Shown here piece by piece: positions 41,606-52,008 of a DNA stretch of 64,000 bases (its first letter is position 1; every line of letters begins with the position of its first letter). This DNA comes from an uncultured Planctomycetaceae bacterium (GTDB lineage: Bacteria; Planctomycetota; Planctomycetia; Isosphaerales; Isosphaeraceae), in contig CAWIAD010000002.1 of assembly GCA_963833985.1 (NCBI GenBank), positions 3,328,001 to 3,392,000 of the forward strand. Direction: 5' to 3'. The translations under genes and the position numbers were made by a program. The notes under the pieces are model-generated. The model was not told where the DNA came from and searched no databases. It was given only the letters and a program-made list of their open reading frames with translations.

Positions 41606-44404
41606 ATGGGAAGATCCCGTAAACTGCTCTCACTGGCGCACCGCTCGGCCTGGTATCAGGCCGGCGCCGTGGTCTTCTGGCTGGCACTCCTGGCTGCCGA
41701 TCCGGCGGGCCTGTGGATCGCGGCAGCCATGCCTGGCAAAGCGACAAGCTTCCCGAGGGGACGGTCACCGAGCTGCGGATCGAGGGCAACACCACCATCC
41801 CCACGGACAAGGTGCGGGGCAAGCTGCTCAGCCGCGCCGGCCAGCCGCTCGACCAGCAAAAAGTCGAGGCCGATATCAAGAGCCTGTACGCCACCAAGTG
41901 GTTCTCCGAAGTGCAGGCGCGTTACGACGAAGCTCCGCCCCATAGCCACAAGTTCGTCCTGGTTTTCCGGGTACGCGAGATGCCCGTGATCAAGTCCGTC
42001 GAGTTCCGGGGCCGGAAGGGCGTGCCGCTCAAAGAAATCGAGGAGAATACGGACCTCAAGGTCGGCAACCGTGCCGACCCGACCAAGACCCGGCTCGCCC
42101 TGGGCCAGGTTCAGCGGCTTTACCAGGAAAAGGGCTACGAGCTGGCCGAGGTGAAGCTCATCGAGGGCGGGAATGCCGGTGACCTGAGAGTCATCTTCCA
42201 GATCTTCGAGGGCCCCAAGTTCAAGATCGCCAGCGTCGACTTCAAGGGGAACGTGTTCGCCTCCGACTCCCAGCTCTGGACCAAGATCGGCAGCCGCAAG
42301 CCGATCCTCGGCCTCCTGGGGGGCAAGTACCACCGCGAGATGCTCGAGGAAGACAAGGCGCAAGCTGACCGACTACTACCAGTCGCAAGGGTTCTTCGAG
42401 GTGAAGATCACACCCGTGACCCGGGCGGGTGCGAACCTGGGAGACATCAACCTGACCTTCGTGATCTCCGAGGGAACGCGCTACAAGGTGCGCAACCTTG
42501 TCTTCGAGGGAAACCACCAGCTCAAGACGGCCGAGCTGCGCGAGGGCTTGCAGCTGCACTCGGGCAAGCCGTTCCTCGACACGGTGCGCGAGGCCGATCT
42601 GAGATTGATGATGTCGCGTTACAACGCGCTGGGCTGCATCAAGACCGAGATCGCCTACGAGCCGCGCTTCACCAACGAGCTGGGCGTGGTCGACCTGGTG
42701 TACAAGATCGAGGAGCATGACCCGTACCTGCTGGGCGAGCTGAAGATCGTCGGCAACACACGGACCAAGGACAAGGTCATCCGCCGCGAGGCCGTGATGG
42801 CGGGTCTCTTGCCAGGCGAGGTCCTGGACAAGAACCGGATCGAGATTTTCCAGCGGCGGCTCCAGTCGCTGGGCTACTTCCACAACACGCCGGAGATGGG
42901 CAAGCCGCTGGAGATCAAGATCGTCAACGAGCGGCCCAAGGACAAGCCCTACGGGGACCTGATGATGCCGCTGCTGGGCGAGGGGGGATCGCAGGCCAGA
43001 ATGCAGGACCCGGGACCGGAGGTCGATCTGGTTCCGGCACCCGAGCCGCTCCCCGCGCCGAGTAACGTGCCCCGGCTGGAGCCGAACAACGGGCCGGCGG
43101 GCGCTGCCCCCTTCGGCGGAGGCAACCTTTTCAGTCCCGATCCGGATTCCACCCCTCCCATCGTGGTGCCACCGCCCAGGACCCCCGGCCGGCCGCCTGG
43201 CGCGGCGCCACCGCAGGGTCGGCCCTCGGCTGTGCCGCCGGTCGGGTCGGGAGAGCCCTCCGGTACCTTTCCCAGCGTGCCCGGCCTGAACATGACGGAC
43301 GTCGGGCCCGACCGCCAGGATCCGTTTCCCAATCGCGCGTTCGCGGACATCGTCACCGCCGTGGACGAGGCCCCCACCGGCCGGTTCATGGTTGGCGTGG
43401 CCGCCAGCAGCTTTCAGGGGCTCTTCGGCAACTTCACCGTCTACGAGAAGAACTTCGACCTCTTCAACTTTCCCAGGTCGTTCAACGACATCTTCAACGG
43501 GACGGCCTTCCGCGGTGCGGGCCAGGAGTTCCGCATCGACGTCCAGCCGGGCACAAACATCAACCGCTTCCAGGTCAGCCTGCGAGAACCGTACCTCTTC
43601 GACCTGCCCATCGGGGCCGGCGTCGCGGGCTACTGGTTCAACCGTTTTTACCCGGACTGGGACGAGCGCCGGGGTGGCGGCCGGTTCTCGCTTGGCCGGC
43701 AGTTCGGCACGAGCATCTACGCCGATACGGCCGTGCGGGTGGAAGACATCAATTTCTACGGCTTCCGCACGCCGGCCCCCGCGCAGTACCTGGCGGCCGC
43801 GGGCGAGTCGTTCCTGGCTTCGATCCGGCCGAGTCTCCGCTTCGACAACCGCAATAGCCCGTTCCAGGCGACGAAGGGACAGTACGCGGAATTCGCCGTC
43901 GAGCAGGGCTGGGGCACCTTCACCTGGTCCAAGTTCGACGCCGAGGGCCGTGCCTACTTCACCACCGGAACCCGTCCCGACGGGACCGGCAAGCGGTTCG
44001 TCACGCTCCGCGGACACTTCGGCATCGCCACGCAGGGCATTCCGGTCTACGAGCGGTACTTTGCTGGTAACTTCGGTAGCCTGCGCGGGTTCCAGTACCG
44101 CACCGTGAGCCCCCACGCCCTGGGCGTGCCGGTCGGTGGCGTGATGATGGCCCTGGGCTCAGTGGAGTACCAGTTCCCGCTCACCGCCAGCGATGCGTTC
44201 CAGCAGGTGGTCTTCACCGACTTCGGCACCGTGGAGGGCGACTACACCTTCACCAAGATCCGTGCCTCGATCGGTACCGGCCTGCGCATGAAGATTCCCC
44301 AGATGGGCCCGGTTCCACTGGGTTTCGACCTTGCCTTTCCCATCGCCTACGCAGAGGGCGACCGGCTGCGTTACTTCAATTTCAGCATGAGCGCCATGTA
44401 CTGA
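41606..44404 (+). CDS. bamA: Omp85/BamA family outer membrane protein assembly factor; frameshifted
   Basis: POTRA repeats (I.GN..., GNTRTKDKVIRRE); barrel motifs EPYLF, SLRGFQY, GTGLR and a C-terminal aromatic strand ending FNFSMSAMY; breaks near 41735 and 42360. Confidence 0.88.
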
Positions 44405-44589
44405 GTGCGGCTGCCGGGTTCTTGTCGCAGCCGCGTGTGAAGTTCCCTCCTGGTTGTCAGAGCCCAGCCGGCTGGCATACTCTACAAGGAACGACCAACG
44501 ACGTCTCTCCGGGCGCCCCGGGCTGGAGCCACGGCCTGGCGCGGATCGGGTTCTCCGCCCTCTTCTCATGCTGGCTGCCGGATTCTTCG

Positions 44590-45137
44590 ATGATTCGCTC
44601 CTTCCTGGTACTGGCTGTCACGGGCGGCTCCCTGCTGTTCGCGGATTTCGTGCTCGGGATGTTTGCCGCGGGCGAGCCGCGCGGACCGCACGCGGTCTGG
44701 CGCCTGTCCACCTGCTCTTTTCCCTGCTGACGGTCGTCTTGCTGCTGGGCATCCACTCGATCGTCTACACCTACTTCATGGCCACGACGAAGTGGGCCAA
44801 GGAGGTCGTGCGCGTCTATCAGCTTCCGGACTGGTTCGTGGCCCAGGCAACGCGGAACAAGCGGCGGGCGTTCCGGTTCATCATGGGAGCGATGACCGCG
44901 ATCGCCGTGACGGCGTGGCTGGGGGCCGCCGCCGACACGCAGGGTGAAGGGTACGCCCCCTGGCACCTGGGTCTTGCCGCCTTCACGATCGCTTTCAATC
45001 TGGGCTCGTTCGTGGTCGAATACGGGGGTATCGTCGCCCATGCACGGCTGCTCCTGGAGTTGAAGTCGCAAGCCGACCAGCTCCGCGAGGCGCGCTACGG
45101 CGCGGCCAGCACGGCCGAGTCTCCCGCGAACCTGTAA
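44590..45137 (+). CDS. Hypothetical 4-TM membrane protein; frameshift near 44705
   Basis: Hydrophobic N-terminus MIRSFLVLAV in one frame, continuing as HLLFSLLTVVLLLGIHSIVYTYF in the next frame. Confidence 0.6.
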
Positions 45138-45206
45138 AGAGCGAGGCGGCCCAAACGTGCCCGGCTCCCGCTTGACGCATGACACCCAAGGAGATCCGCA
45201 TCGCTG

Positions 45207-46457
45207 ATGTCGCCGCTAGGGATCGTGGTCCTGATCGTGCTGATCGACCTGCTCGGCTTCACGGTGGTGATGCCGCTTCTGGCCCCCTTCGCCGAGCAGT
45301 ACGGTTTTCGCGAATGGCAAATCGGACTGCTGTTTTCGGCCTACCCGCTCTGCCAGTTGATTGCCGGCCCGATCCTGGGCCGGATGAGCGACCGCTACGG
45401 ACGCCGGCCCATCCTCATCCTCAGCCAGGCCGGTACGGCGGTCTCGTTCCTCATCCTGGGACTCTCGCGGAATTTCACGGTGATGCTGCTGGCGCGGATG
45501 CTCGACGGCGCGTCGGGGGGCAACATCCTCGTCGCCCAGGCGTATGTGGCCGACGTGACGACCCCCGAGAACCGATCACGCGGCATGGGGCTGATCGGCA
45601 TGGCCTTCGGCGTGGGCTTCGTGCTGGGCCCGTTCCTGGGCGGCGAACTGGTGGGGCTTCCCGTGGCGCCCGAATGGCGGCTGCGATTGCCTTTCCTGGT
45701 GGCCGCCGGCTTCTCCACCGTGGCCTGGTTCCTGGTACTGTGCTGCCTGCCCGAATCGAGAGTGTCGACCGATCGCCAGCGCGAAGGCGCGCGCGTCCTC
45801 TCGTGGCGCGGGCTCGCCGATACGATCAGGCTGCCCGGAGTCGGCCAGATGGTACTGCTCGGGTTCCTCACGGTGCTGGCCTTCGCGGCGCTCGAGGGAA
45901 CGCTCTCACTTTACCTGCGCCGGCGCTTCGACTGGAACGCGCGCTCCGCGGCGTTCGTGTTCGCCGGGCTGGGCTTGCTGACGGCCCTGGTGCAGGGGGG
46001 CCTCATCCGCCGGCTGGTGCCCCGGTTCGGCGAGGCCCGGCTCATGAGCGTGGGGATCATCCTGGTGGCACTCGGCTTCGCCGGGCTGGCGGTCGTGTCA
46101 CGAGCCCCGGAGCTGGCCGCGGCGCTTTTTTTCGTGGGCATCGGCCAGGGCCTGATCGGTCCCTGTGTCAGCGGCCTGCTGTCGCGGCTGACCCCCGGCA
46201 GCGAGCAAGGGGTGGTCTTCGGCACGCTCTCGTCCGCCCAGACCCTGGCGCGGATGGTCAGCTACCTGGCCGCGAATATTCTGCTGGGCCGCGTCTCCGC
46301 TGCCGCTCCCTACTGGTTCGGGTTTACCGTCTACCTGACGGCCGGCCTGGCCCTGATCCGCTTCTTCCCCTACCTGAGCCGCCGGCTCAGTGCAGGGGAA
46401 GCGGAGTCGGAAGACACGGATCCCGTGATGCAGTCCGCCAGGGCCGATTCCCCCTGA
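45207..46457 (+). CDS. MFS transporter (TetA/DHA1-like)
   Basis: 12 TM; motif A GRMSDRYGRRP; AQAYVAD; G...GP.LGG. Confidence 0.92.
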   Translation: MSPLGIVVLIVLIDLLGFTVVMPLLAPFAEQYGFREWQIGLLFSAYPLCQLIAGPILGRMSDRYGRRPILILSQAGTAVSFLILGLSRNFTVMLLARMLDGASGGNILVAQAYVADVTTPENRSRGMGLIGMAFGVGFVLGPFLGGELVGLPVAPEWRLRLPFLVAAGFSTVAWFLVLCCLPESRVSTDRQREGARVLSWRGLADTIRLPGVGQMVLLGFLTVLAFAALEGTLSLYLRRRFDWNARSAAFVFAGLGLLTALVQGGLIRRLVPRFGEARLMSVGIILVALGFAGLAVVSRAPELAAALFFVGIGQGLIGPCVSGLLSRLTPGSEQGVVFGTLSSAQTLARMVSYLAANILLGRVSAAAPYWFGFTVYLTAGLALIRFFPYLSRRLSAGEAESEDTDPVMQSARADSP

Positions 46458-48822
46458 TCACGGCGGCAGGTCACGGTCGAGGTCGCCGCCGATCCATGCC
46501 GGGTCGGTGTAGCCGTAGCGCGACATCACGGCGACCACGGCGTCCGGATGCTGGACGAGGATCTCTGCGCCCTCCACCAGCGCTTCGGGCGCGCGGCCAG
46601 CAGCCGGTCCAGCAGTAATCGCCGCGTCGCAACGGCCTTCTGGCTGGGTTGACGCGTGAGCAGGTTAACCAGGCGCTTTCCCGCCTCGTCGGCCGGCGCC
46701 CGCGCGCGGTGGCGACCTGCCGGGCGGCTGCCACCAGGCCCTGCGCGTCGCTGCGAGCCCAGTCGAGCACCGCCTGGTTCAGAGTCAACCGGTTCACCCG
46801 GGGCGGCTCCTTGGGCAGCGGATCGGGGGCATCCAGCAAGAGCTCGAGCGCCAACGCCCGGGAGACGGCCACGGGGTCGGCCACGGACACGACGCGGAGA
46901 CCGTCCAGTTGCCCGGGCCTGCGCTCGTACCAGGGATGCATGGCGAAGAGCAGCCGCGTGAATGCCGAGGACTTGGAATCCTGGGTCTGCATCCAGACGT
47001 AGCCGATCCTGTCGTACTCCCGGTAGTGCTGCTGGACATCCTCGCCGAGCTTGATGTCGCCGCGGAGCTTGCCCAGCGTTTGCAGCTCCTCGAAGGTCAT
47101 GGGATTGGTCATATCGTTGGGGAAATCGACCTCGGCCCCGGTTGGCAGCCGTGCGTTGATCTCATCGAGCGTCTGGCCGTTGAAACCGTCGAACCAGTAG
47201 GTGAGCTCGAAGCCGCGACGCCACGCGCCCCGCGGCCCTCCGATCAGGGTGTTGTAATACGAAAGCTCGAACGGGTGGATCCGCGCCAGCTCCACGGCGG
47301 CAGGGACGATCACGACGAGTCCCAGGCCCCATGCGGCGAGTGCCGCGGGCAGGCCCGTGCGCAGCGCGAGTGCCCGGGCCAGGGCCGCGGTTCCCCACCC
47401 CGCGTAGGCTGCCAGAAAGAAGAAGGTTGGTAGGAAAAGGCGCACGCCATCGTGGGCGGGCGTGGTCGGCAGCATCCGCAGCGCGGGGAGTGCCAGAAAA
47501 TGGACCAGGAAGTAGAGGGGCAGCCGGTCCTGGCGCATCCGCCGAAAGGACCAGACCAGGCCCGCCACCGAGGCCCCCAGAATCGTCACCGGCACCGTGA
47601 TCGCCAGCAAGACCCAGCCGTTGTGCCAGGGGAGCGTGTACTCGTAGATCTGCCCGAAGTAGATGATCTGGATGTCGGGCAGCGCGGCCCGGCGATTACC
47701 CGAGAGTGTGTAGTAATGAGCGAGCCGGATCAAGGTGTCGCGCCACCAGGCCGGGTTCCCCAGCCAGCCGACGAAAGGAGCGAAGGCCAGAATGGCGGTC
47801 CAAGTCTCCAGCGCGGGCCGTTCCACGCCCCAGAGCTTGCTGCCCGGGAAGACCCGCCCGAGCAGCCTGCGGATCAGCCAGACAAGGAGCGGCAGGGCCA
47901 GGATCGCTCCGGGCAGGTCGCTCGTGGGCCGGTTGATGAACAGGTTCGCCTGGGCGGGAGGGGGAAGCTGCCTCTGCATGCCCTGGATCTCCAGGAAGGC
48001 CAGTCCCAGCGGAGCGAGCATGAGCCCGGATGTGACCAGCCCGTCAATCCAATCCGCCCGGCTGCCGGTACGCCAGAGCGAGCGCGGCAGGTGGCCGAGG
48101 ACGAGCCACAGCAGGAGGGGCAGCAGCACGCCGACGGCCGCCAGCTTCTCCACGAAGGCCAGGCCCAGGAGCACCCCGACCGCCACGCGCCACCAGCGGG
48201 CCTTCTCCTCGTACAGGCCCTTCCAGAACGCCAGCGCGGTCGCCGCCCAGAGCAGCAGGCCGGGGGTGTCGGTGTCGACCAGATGGGCCTGACCGTAGAG
48301 CCGCGGCATGAGCAGCAGCGCGCCGGCCATCACCAGCCCGGCGGTTGTCCCATAACGTCTGGCCAGGAAGCCGTAACCGATGGCCACGGTGAGGGCGAAC
48401 TCGATCACCGACGCCATCCGCCGCGCGGGGATGTCCTGCATCCACGAACCGAAAAGGGCGTGTGTGGCCAGGTTCATCTGGCCGGCGAGGGGAGGGTGGA
48501 AGTTGATGCCGAAGCGGCCGTACGGCCAGTAGTACAGCAGCGTCTGGGGATCAAGCAAATCGTGGACCTCGCTCCACGAGCGGGCATGACGAAGCTGCTC
48601 CCACCACTGGGCAGACATCACCTGGCTGTAGCGGTAAGCCGGCTCATCCCAGGTCAGGCCGATATCGCCCGTGGTCGGCACCAGCACCACCAGGGCCCCC
48701 GCGCACACCAGGAGCGGCGACGGTCTCCAGCGTGCCTTGCCGGACTGAAGCCGGCTGGCGGTATCCGTGTCCGTCCGGTCCGCGTGCGTGCGTTCTGCGG
48801 TCAGCGCGGGCGCGGTCATCAT
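46458..48822 (-). CDS. GT-C fold glycosyltransferase (ArnT/PMT, GT39-like), paralog A; frameshifted near the C-terminus
   Basis: GLTWDEPAY after the first TM; HPPL, DTP, PAHDGVRLFLP and LSYYN. The true C-terminus ...YGYTDPAWIGGDLDRDLPP* lies in a shifted frame. Confidence 0.8.
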
Positions 48823-48887
48823 GCGGGGTCCTGACTTGCGATCGAGATCTCACCGAACCACCGCAGATTATCATAGACCAGATCCGA

Positions 48888-49733
48888 TCAGACATGCACG
48901 CCCAGCACGCGGCGGAAAGCCAGTGCCGCAACCATGGAGACCGCAAACCAGTAGATCACCCAGGTATCGGTGCCACAGGTCCAGGCGGACCGTTCTGGGT
49001 AGGCAATGGCGATGGAGCGGACCGGCGAGCCGGTGCCGAAGGGGGCCTCCCCGGGGTTGAGGAGGACCTCCAGCAGGTCGCGGCCCGGGCGGAGGGCGCT
49101 GACGCGCAGAAAGCCGTCACCGACGGCCAGTTCCTTCTCATAGCTCTGGCTGCCCGTGTCGAAGACCAGGCGGTGCACGCCGCTCTCCCTGGCCTGGATC
49201 CTCCAGAGCAGCTCACCCTTGCCGCGCACGTGCACGGGGCCGGCCATCACCGTGGCGGCCGGCGTTGGCCGGAGCGTCACTTCCGGCCAGGCTTTATTGT
49301 CCGCGCAGTCGAGTGCCAGCCGGACGACGGCGTCCTCTCCCACTCGCAAGGGGCGGGCCTGGTACCAGAGCGAGAGCTGCGCCAGCAGCAGTACCACGGG
49401 CAGGGCCATCACCAGCATCGGCACGAGTGCCAGCATGAGGAGCTGCAAACCTCCGCCGAGCATCCGTCCCTGGGCGCGCAGGGTCACGGCGGTGCTGTCC
49501 TTGAACAGCCGCAGGGCCAGCAGGTTGGCGCTGATCTGGTCGCGCACCCGTTGCACCGCGGCCTGGTTCGAGGTGTGCTTGAAGACGACGAGCAGGCCGA
49601 TGCCCGTCACCGCCGAGATGAGCGTGGCGGAGACCCATCCCGGCACGATCGAGATTGGCGCAAGCATGAGCCGGCCCAGCGCGCTGGCCGCCAGGTTCAG
49701 CCAGGCCAGAATACGGAGGAGCGCTGTGGTCAT
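48888..49733 (-). CDS. Membrane protein, DUF106/EMC3/TMCO1 (Oxa1 superfamily)-like topology
   Basis: TM1, helical linker (SNQAAVQRVRDQI), VPMLVMALP TM2, soluble beta domain, and terminal WVIYWFAVSMVAALAFRRVLG helix. ATGA overlap with the upstream gene. The family call is an inference. Confidence 0.55.
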   Translation of the reverse strand: MTTALLRILAWLNLAASALGRLMLAPISIVPGWVSATLISAVTGIGLLVVFKHTSNQAAVQRVRDQISANLLALRLFKDSTAVTLRAQGRMLGGGLQLLMLALVPMLVMALPVVLLLAQLSLWYQARPLRVGEDAVVRLALDCADNKAWPEVTLRPTPAATVMAGPVHVRGKGELLWRIQARESGVHRLVFDTGSQSYEKELAVGDGFLRVSALRPGRDLLEVLLNPGEAPFGTGSPVRSIAIAYPERSAWTCGTDTWVIYWFAVSMVAALAFRRVLGVHV

Positions 49734-49914
49734 TCAATGTATCCCAGGCCGCGCAACTGGTTGGTGACGTGGGCGTCCTCCTCCTTCACCTTCATCCGCG
49801 CGACCTCCTTCTCCACGCAGGCCGCGATGAACTCCTCCACACAGCTGTAGCCGGCGGCCTCGGCCGTGCGCTGGCGCGCTCGTACAGTCCCGATTCGATC
49901 TTCAGCTTGACCAT
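49730..49914 (-). CDS. Small ribbon-helix-helix (CopG-like) protein with C-terminal LRGLGY; 1-bp deletion near 49873
   Basis: AAAGGAG RBS; repaired translation MVKLKIESGLYERAQRTAEAAGYSCVEEFIAACVEKEVARMKVKEEDAHVTNQLRGLGYIE. Confidence 0.7.
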
Positions 49915-49962
49915 GCGATTCTCCTTTCCGAGCCACGCTCTGTCAGCTCCGAGCACGTTCTG

Positions 49963-52008
49963 TCAGCCACGGAGCACGTTCTTGCCCACCATCTGCGAGG
50001 GGACATCAAGCCCGAACTCGGAGAGAATCGAGGGCGCGATGTCCACCAGCGACGGTGATCCCCGGGCGATGCGCCGGTTGCAGAAGAGCACGCCCGGCAC
50101 CTCGAGTGCGTCGGCGCAATGGTCGGCGCTCCAGGCCGAGTCATTGTCGAGCAAGACCTCCTCGGTGAGGTCGCCCAGGCAGGTGGCCCATGAGGCACGG
50201 TAGCCGCGGGCGTAGCCGATGATGAGGTCCGGTGCCAGTCCGGTCGCGTTCCCTGAATAGATCTGGTCCGAGCGGTAGACACCGCGGATCACGGGCTGGC
50301 CGTCGCGATCGGTCAGGGCCGTGAGCCGGGCGGTCAACTCGGCAAGCACGGCCTCGCGCTGCTCTCCCGGCTCGACGATCCCGTCGCGCTCGCGGCCTTT
50401 CATGTTGAGGTAGAGCCCGTTGATGCCCAGCCCGTAGGCGATGGTCTGGGACCAGTCGGCGTCGCGGAGGATGGAGGTGCACTCGGGCGGGCCGAGATAG
50501 CCCCAGGCGCGGAGCCAGGAGTTCAGGTTGAACTGGCGGCCGAAGTTGGCGAAGCCGTGATCGCTCATCACCAGGATGGTCGCCGTCTGACCGTAGCGGT
50601 CCAGCAGGTCGCCGATCACCGTGTCGAGCTTCTGGTACAGCCGCTGGACCTGGCCGAACCGCGCCTTCGCCTCCGGGCCGGTCCGGATCGGGTGCCGGGC
50701 GTCGGAATCCCACCAGAAGATGTGCGACTGGAGATCGCTGCTGGAGAAGTAGAAGAACAGGAGCCCGTCCTCGTAGTTGTCGATCGCGTATTCGAACAGC
50801 CGCAGCCGTTCTTCCAGCACCATGTCGGCCTGCCGGGCGTACTCATCGTCGGAGAAGACGCCGTTGGAGCGCGCCTTGTGGTCCTCCTGAAAGCCGGTCG
50901 TGTAAAAAGGCCCCAGCGCCCCGGCCACATCGGAGACGAACGAGGTCGGCTCGGACATCTTCTGGGCTGGTCTGGCCGGGTCCATGTTCACCGGGGTCAC
51001 ATAGAGCTTGAAGACCGGAGCGACCTCTTGAAGGTAGAACCGGACGATCCCGGAGACGTGTTGCCCGGGCAGGAACGAAGGGGTTGAGAGGGCGAAATCC
51101 AGCTTCGTCCACGGGCTCCACTCACCGGCCCCGAGCACGATCGTCCGCCCCTGGAGCTCGATGGCCGCGGCATTCGCCGCGCGGTCGCGATGGACCAAGA
51201 AGTCGACCAGGATCGGCCGCGGCTGTTTTCGCAGGCTGTCGTCCGGACCGACAAGCCGAGCGCTCGACGTGTCATCGTCGAACCGGAGGCGCGATCGCTT
51301 TCCCCCGCCCTCTTCCACGGGCTCGGCCGGCCCGTCCTCGGCGAAGTACTGGTAGGTGCCGTAGGTGCCGAGCATGTCGGGCGTCCCCATCCCGCAGAGG
51401 CAGCGATGATGGCCGTGATGCGAGGGGCTGGCCGGATAGTTCGACGGCAGGTCGTAGAAGGTTGACGGCACGCCGGCCGCGTCGAGATAGTCCCAGAACG
51501 GTGTGCCCTGCCGGCGCAGGACCGTTGCCGGCGGCTTGTGGTTGAAGGGCCAGAAGTCCAGCGGGATGCGGTGCTCGCCCAGCTCCCAGGCGCCCTGGCC
51601 GGGAACCGTTTCGGCCGCGGAATAAAAGGGTGCGCACTGCTCCTCGGGATGGCGGTGGATGAAGTCGAAGATCCCGTGCGAGCCCGGCCCCGCGCCATTG
51701 ATGAAGTTGGCCCAGGCGACCGGGCTCTGCGGCGGAACGCTTGTGCCCAGGCCGCTGAAGCCGCCGCCCGACCGGAGCTTCGCCAGGTTCGGAAGCATGC
51801 CGGCGTCCATCATCCGCCCGCACAGCCGCGGGTCCATGCCGTCGACGCCGACGATGATCACCTTCTTGCCCAGGCTCCGCGAGACATGGCTGCCGCGCCC
51901 CAGCCAGTGGTTGCCCGCGCCCAGAGCGGCCACTCCGGCGGCCGTCGCGGCGGCGCCCTTGAGAATCGTCCGGCGGTTGATGCTCGTGTCCGCTCCGCTG
52001 CCAATCAT
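49963..52008 (-). CDS. Alkaline phosphatase superfamily (type I phosphodiesterase-like) protein with Tat-like signal
   Basis: NRRTILK plus hydrophobic stretch; GVDG, PPQSPVAW, DLQSH, SDHG, ADH and DIAP; ATGA coupling to the upstream paralog. Confidence 0.85.
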   Translation of the reverse strand: MIGSGADTSINRRTILKGAAATAAGVAALGAGNHWLGRGSHVSRSLGKKVIIVGVDGMDPRLCGRMMDAGMLPNLAKLRSGGGFSGLGTSVPPQSPVAWANFINGAGPGSHGIFDFIHRHPEEQCAPFYSAAETVPGQGAWELGEHRIPLDFWPFNHKPPATVLRRQGTPFWDYLDAAGVPSTFYDLPSNYPASPSHHGHHRCLCGMGTPDMLGTYGTYQYFAEDGPAEPVEEGGGKRSRLRFDDDTSSARLVGPDDSLRKQPRPILVDFLVHRDRAANAAAIELQGRTIVLGAGEWSPWTKLDFALSTPSFLPGQHVSGIVRFYLQEVAPVFKLYVTPVNMDPARPAQKMSEPTSFVSDVAGALGPFYTTGFQEDHKARSNGVFSDDEYARQADMVLEERLRLFEYAIDNYEDGLLFFYFSSSDLQSHIFWWDSDARHPIRTGPEAKARFGQVQRLYQKLDTVIGDLLDRYGQTATILVMSDHGFANFGRQFNLNSWLRAWGYLGPPECTSILRDADWSQTIAYGLGINGLYLNMKGRERDGIVEPGEQREAVLAELTARLTALTDRDGQPVIRGVYRSDQIYSGNATGLAPDLIIGYARGYRASWATCLGDLTEEVLLDNDSAWSADHCADALEVPGVLFCNRRIARGSPSLVDIAPSILSEFGLDVPSQMVGKNVLRG

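Noticed and set aside
41606..44404. Pseudogenes or programmed frameshifting in bamA and other split genes
   Set aside because: No slippery heptamers noticed, indels are scattered across unrelated genes, and there is no nonsense decay; sequencing error is more parsimonious.
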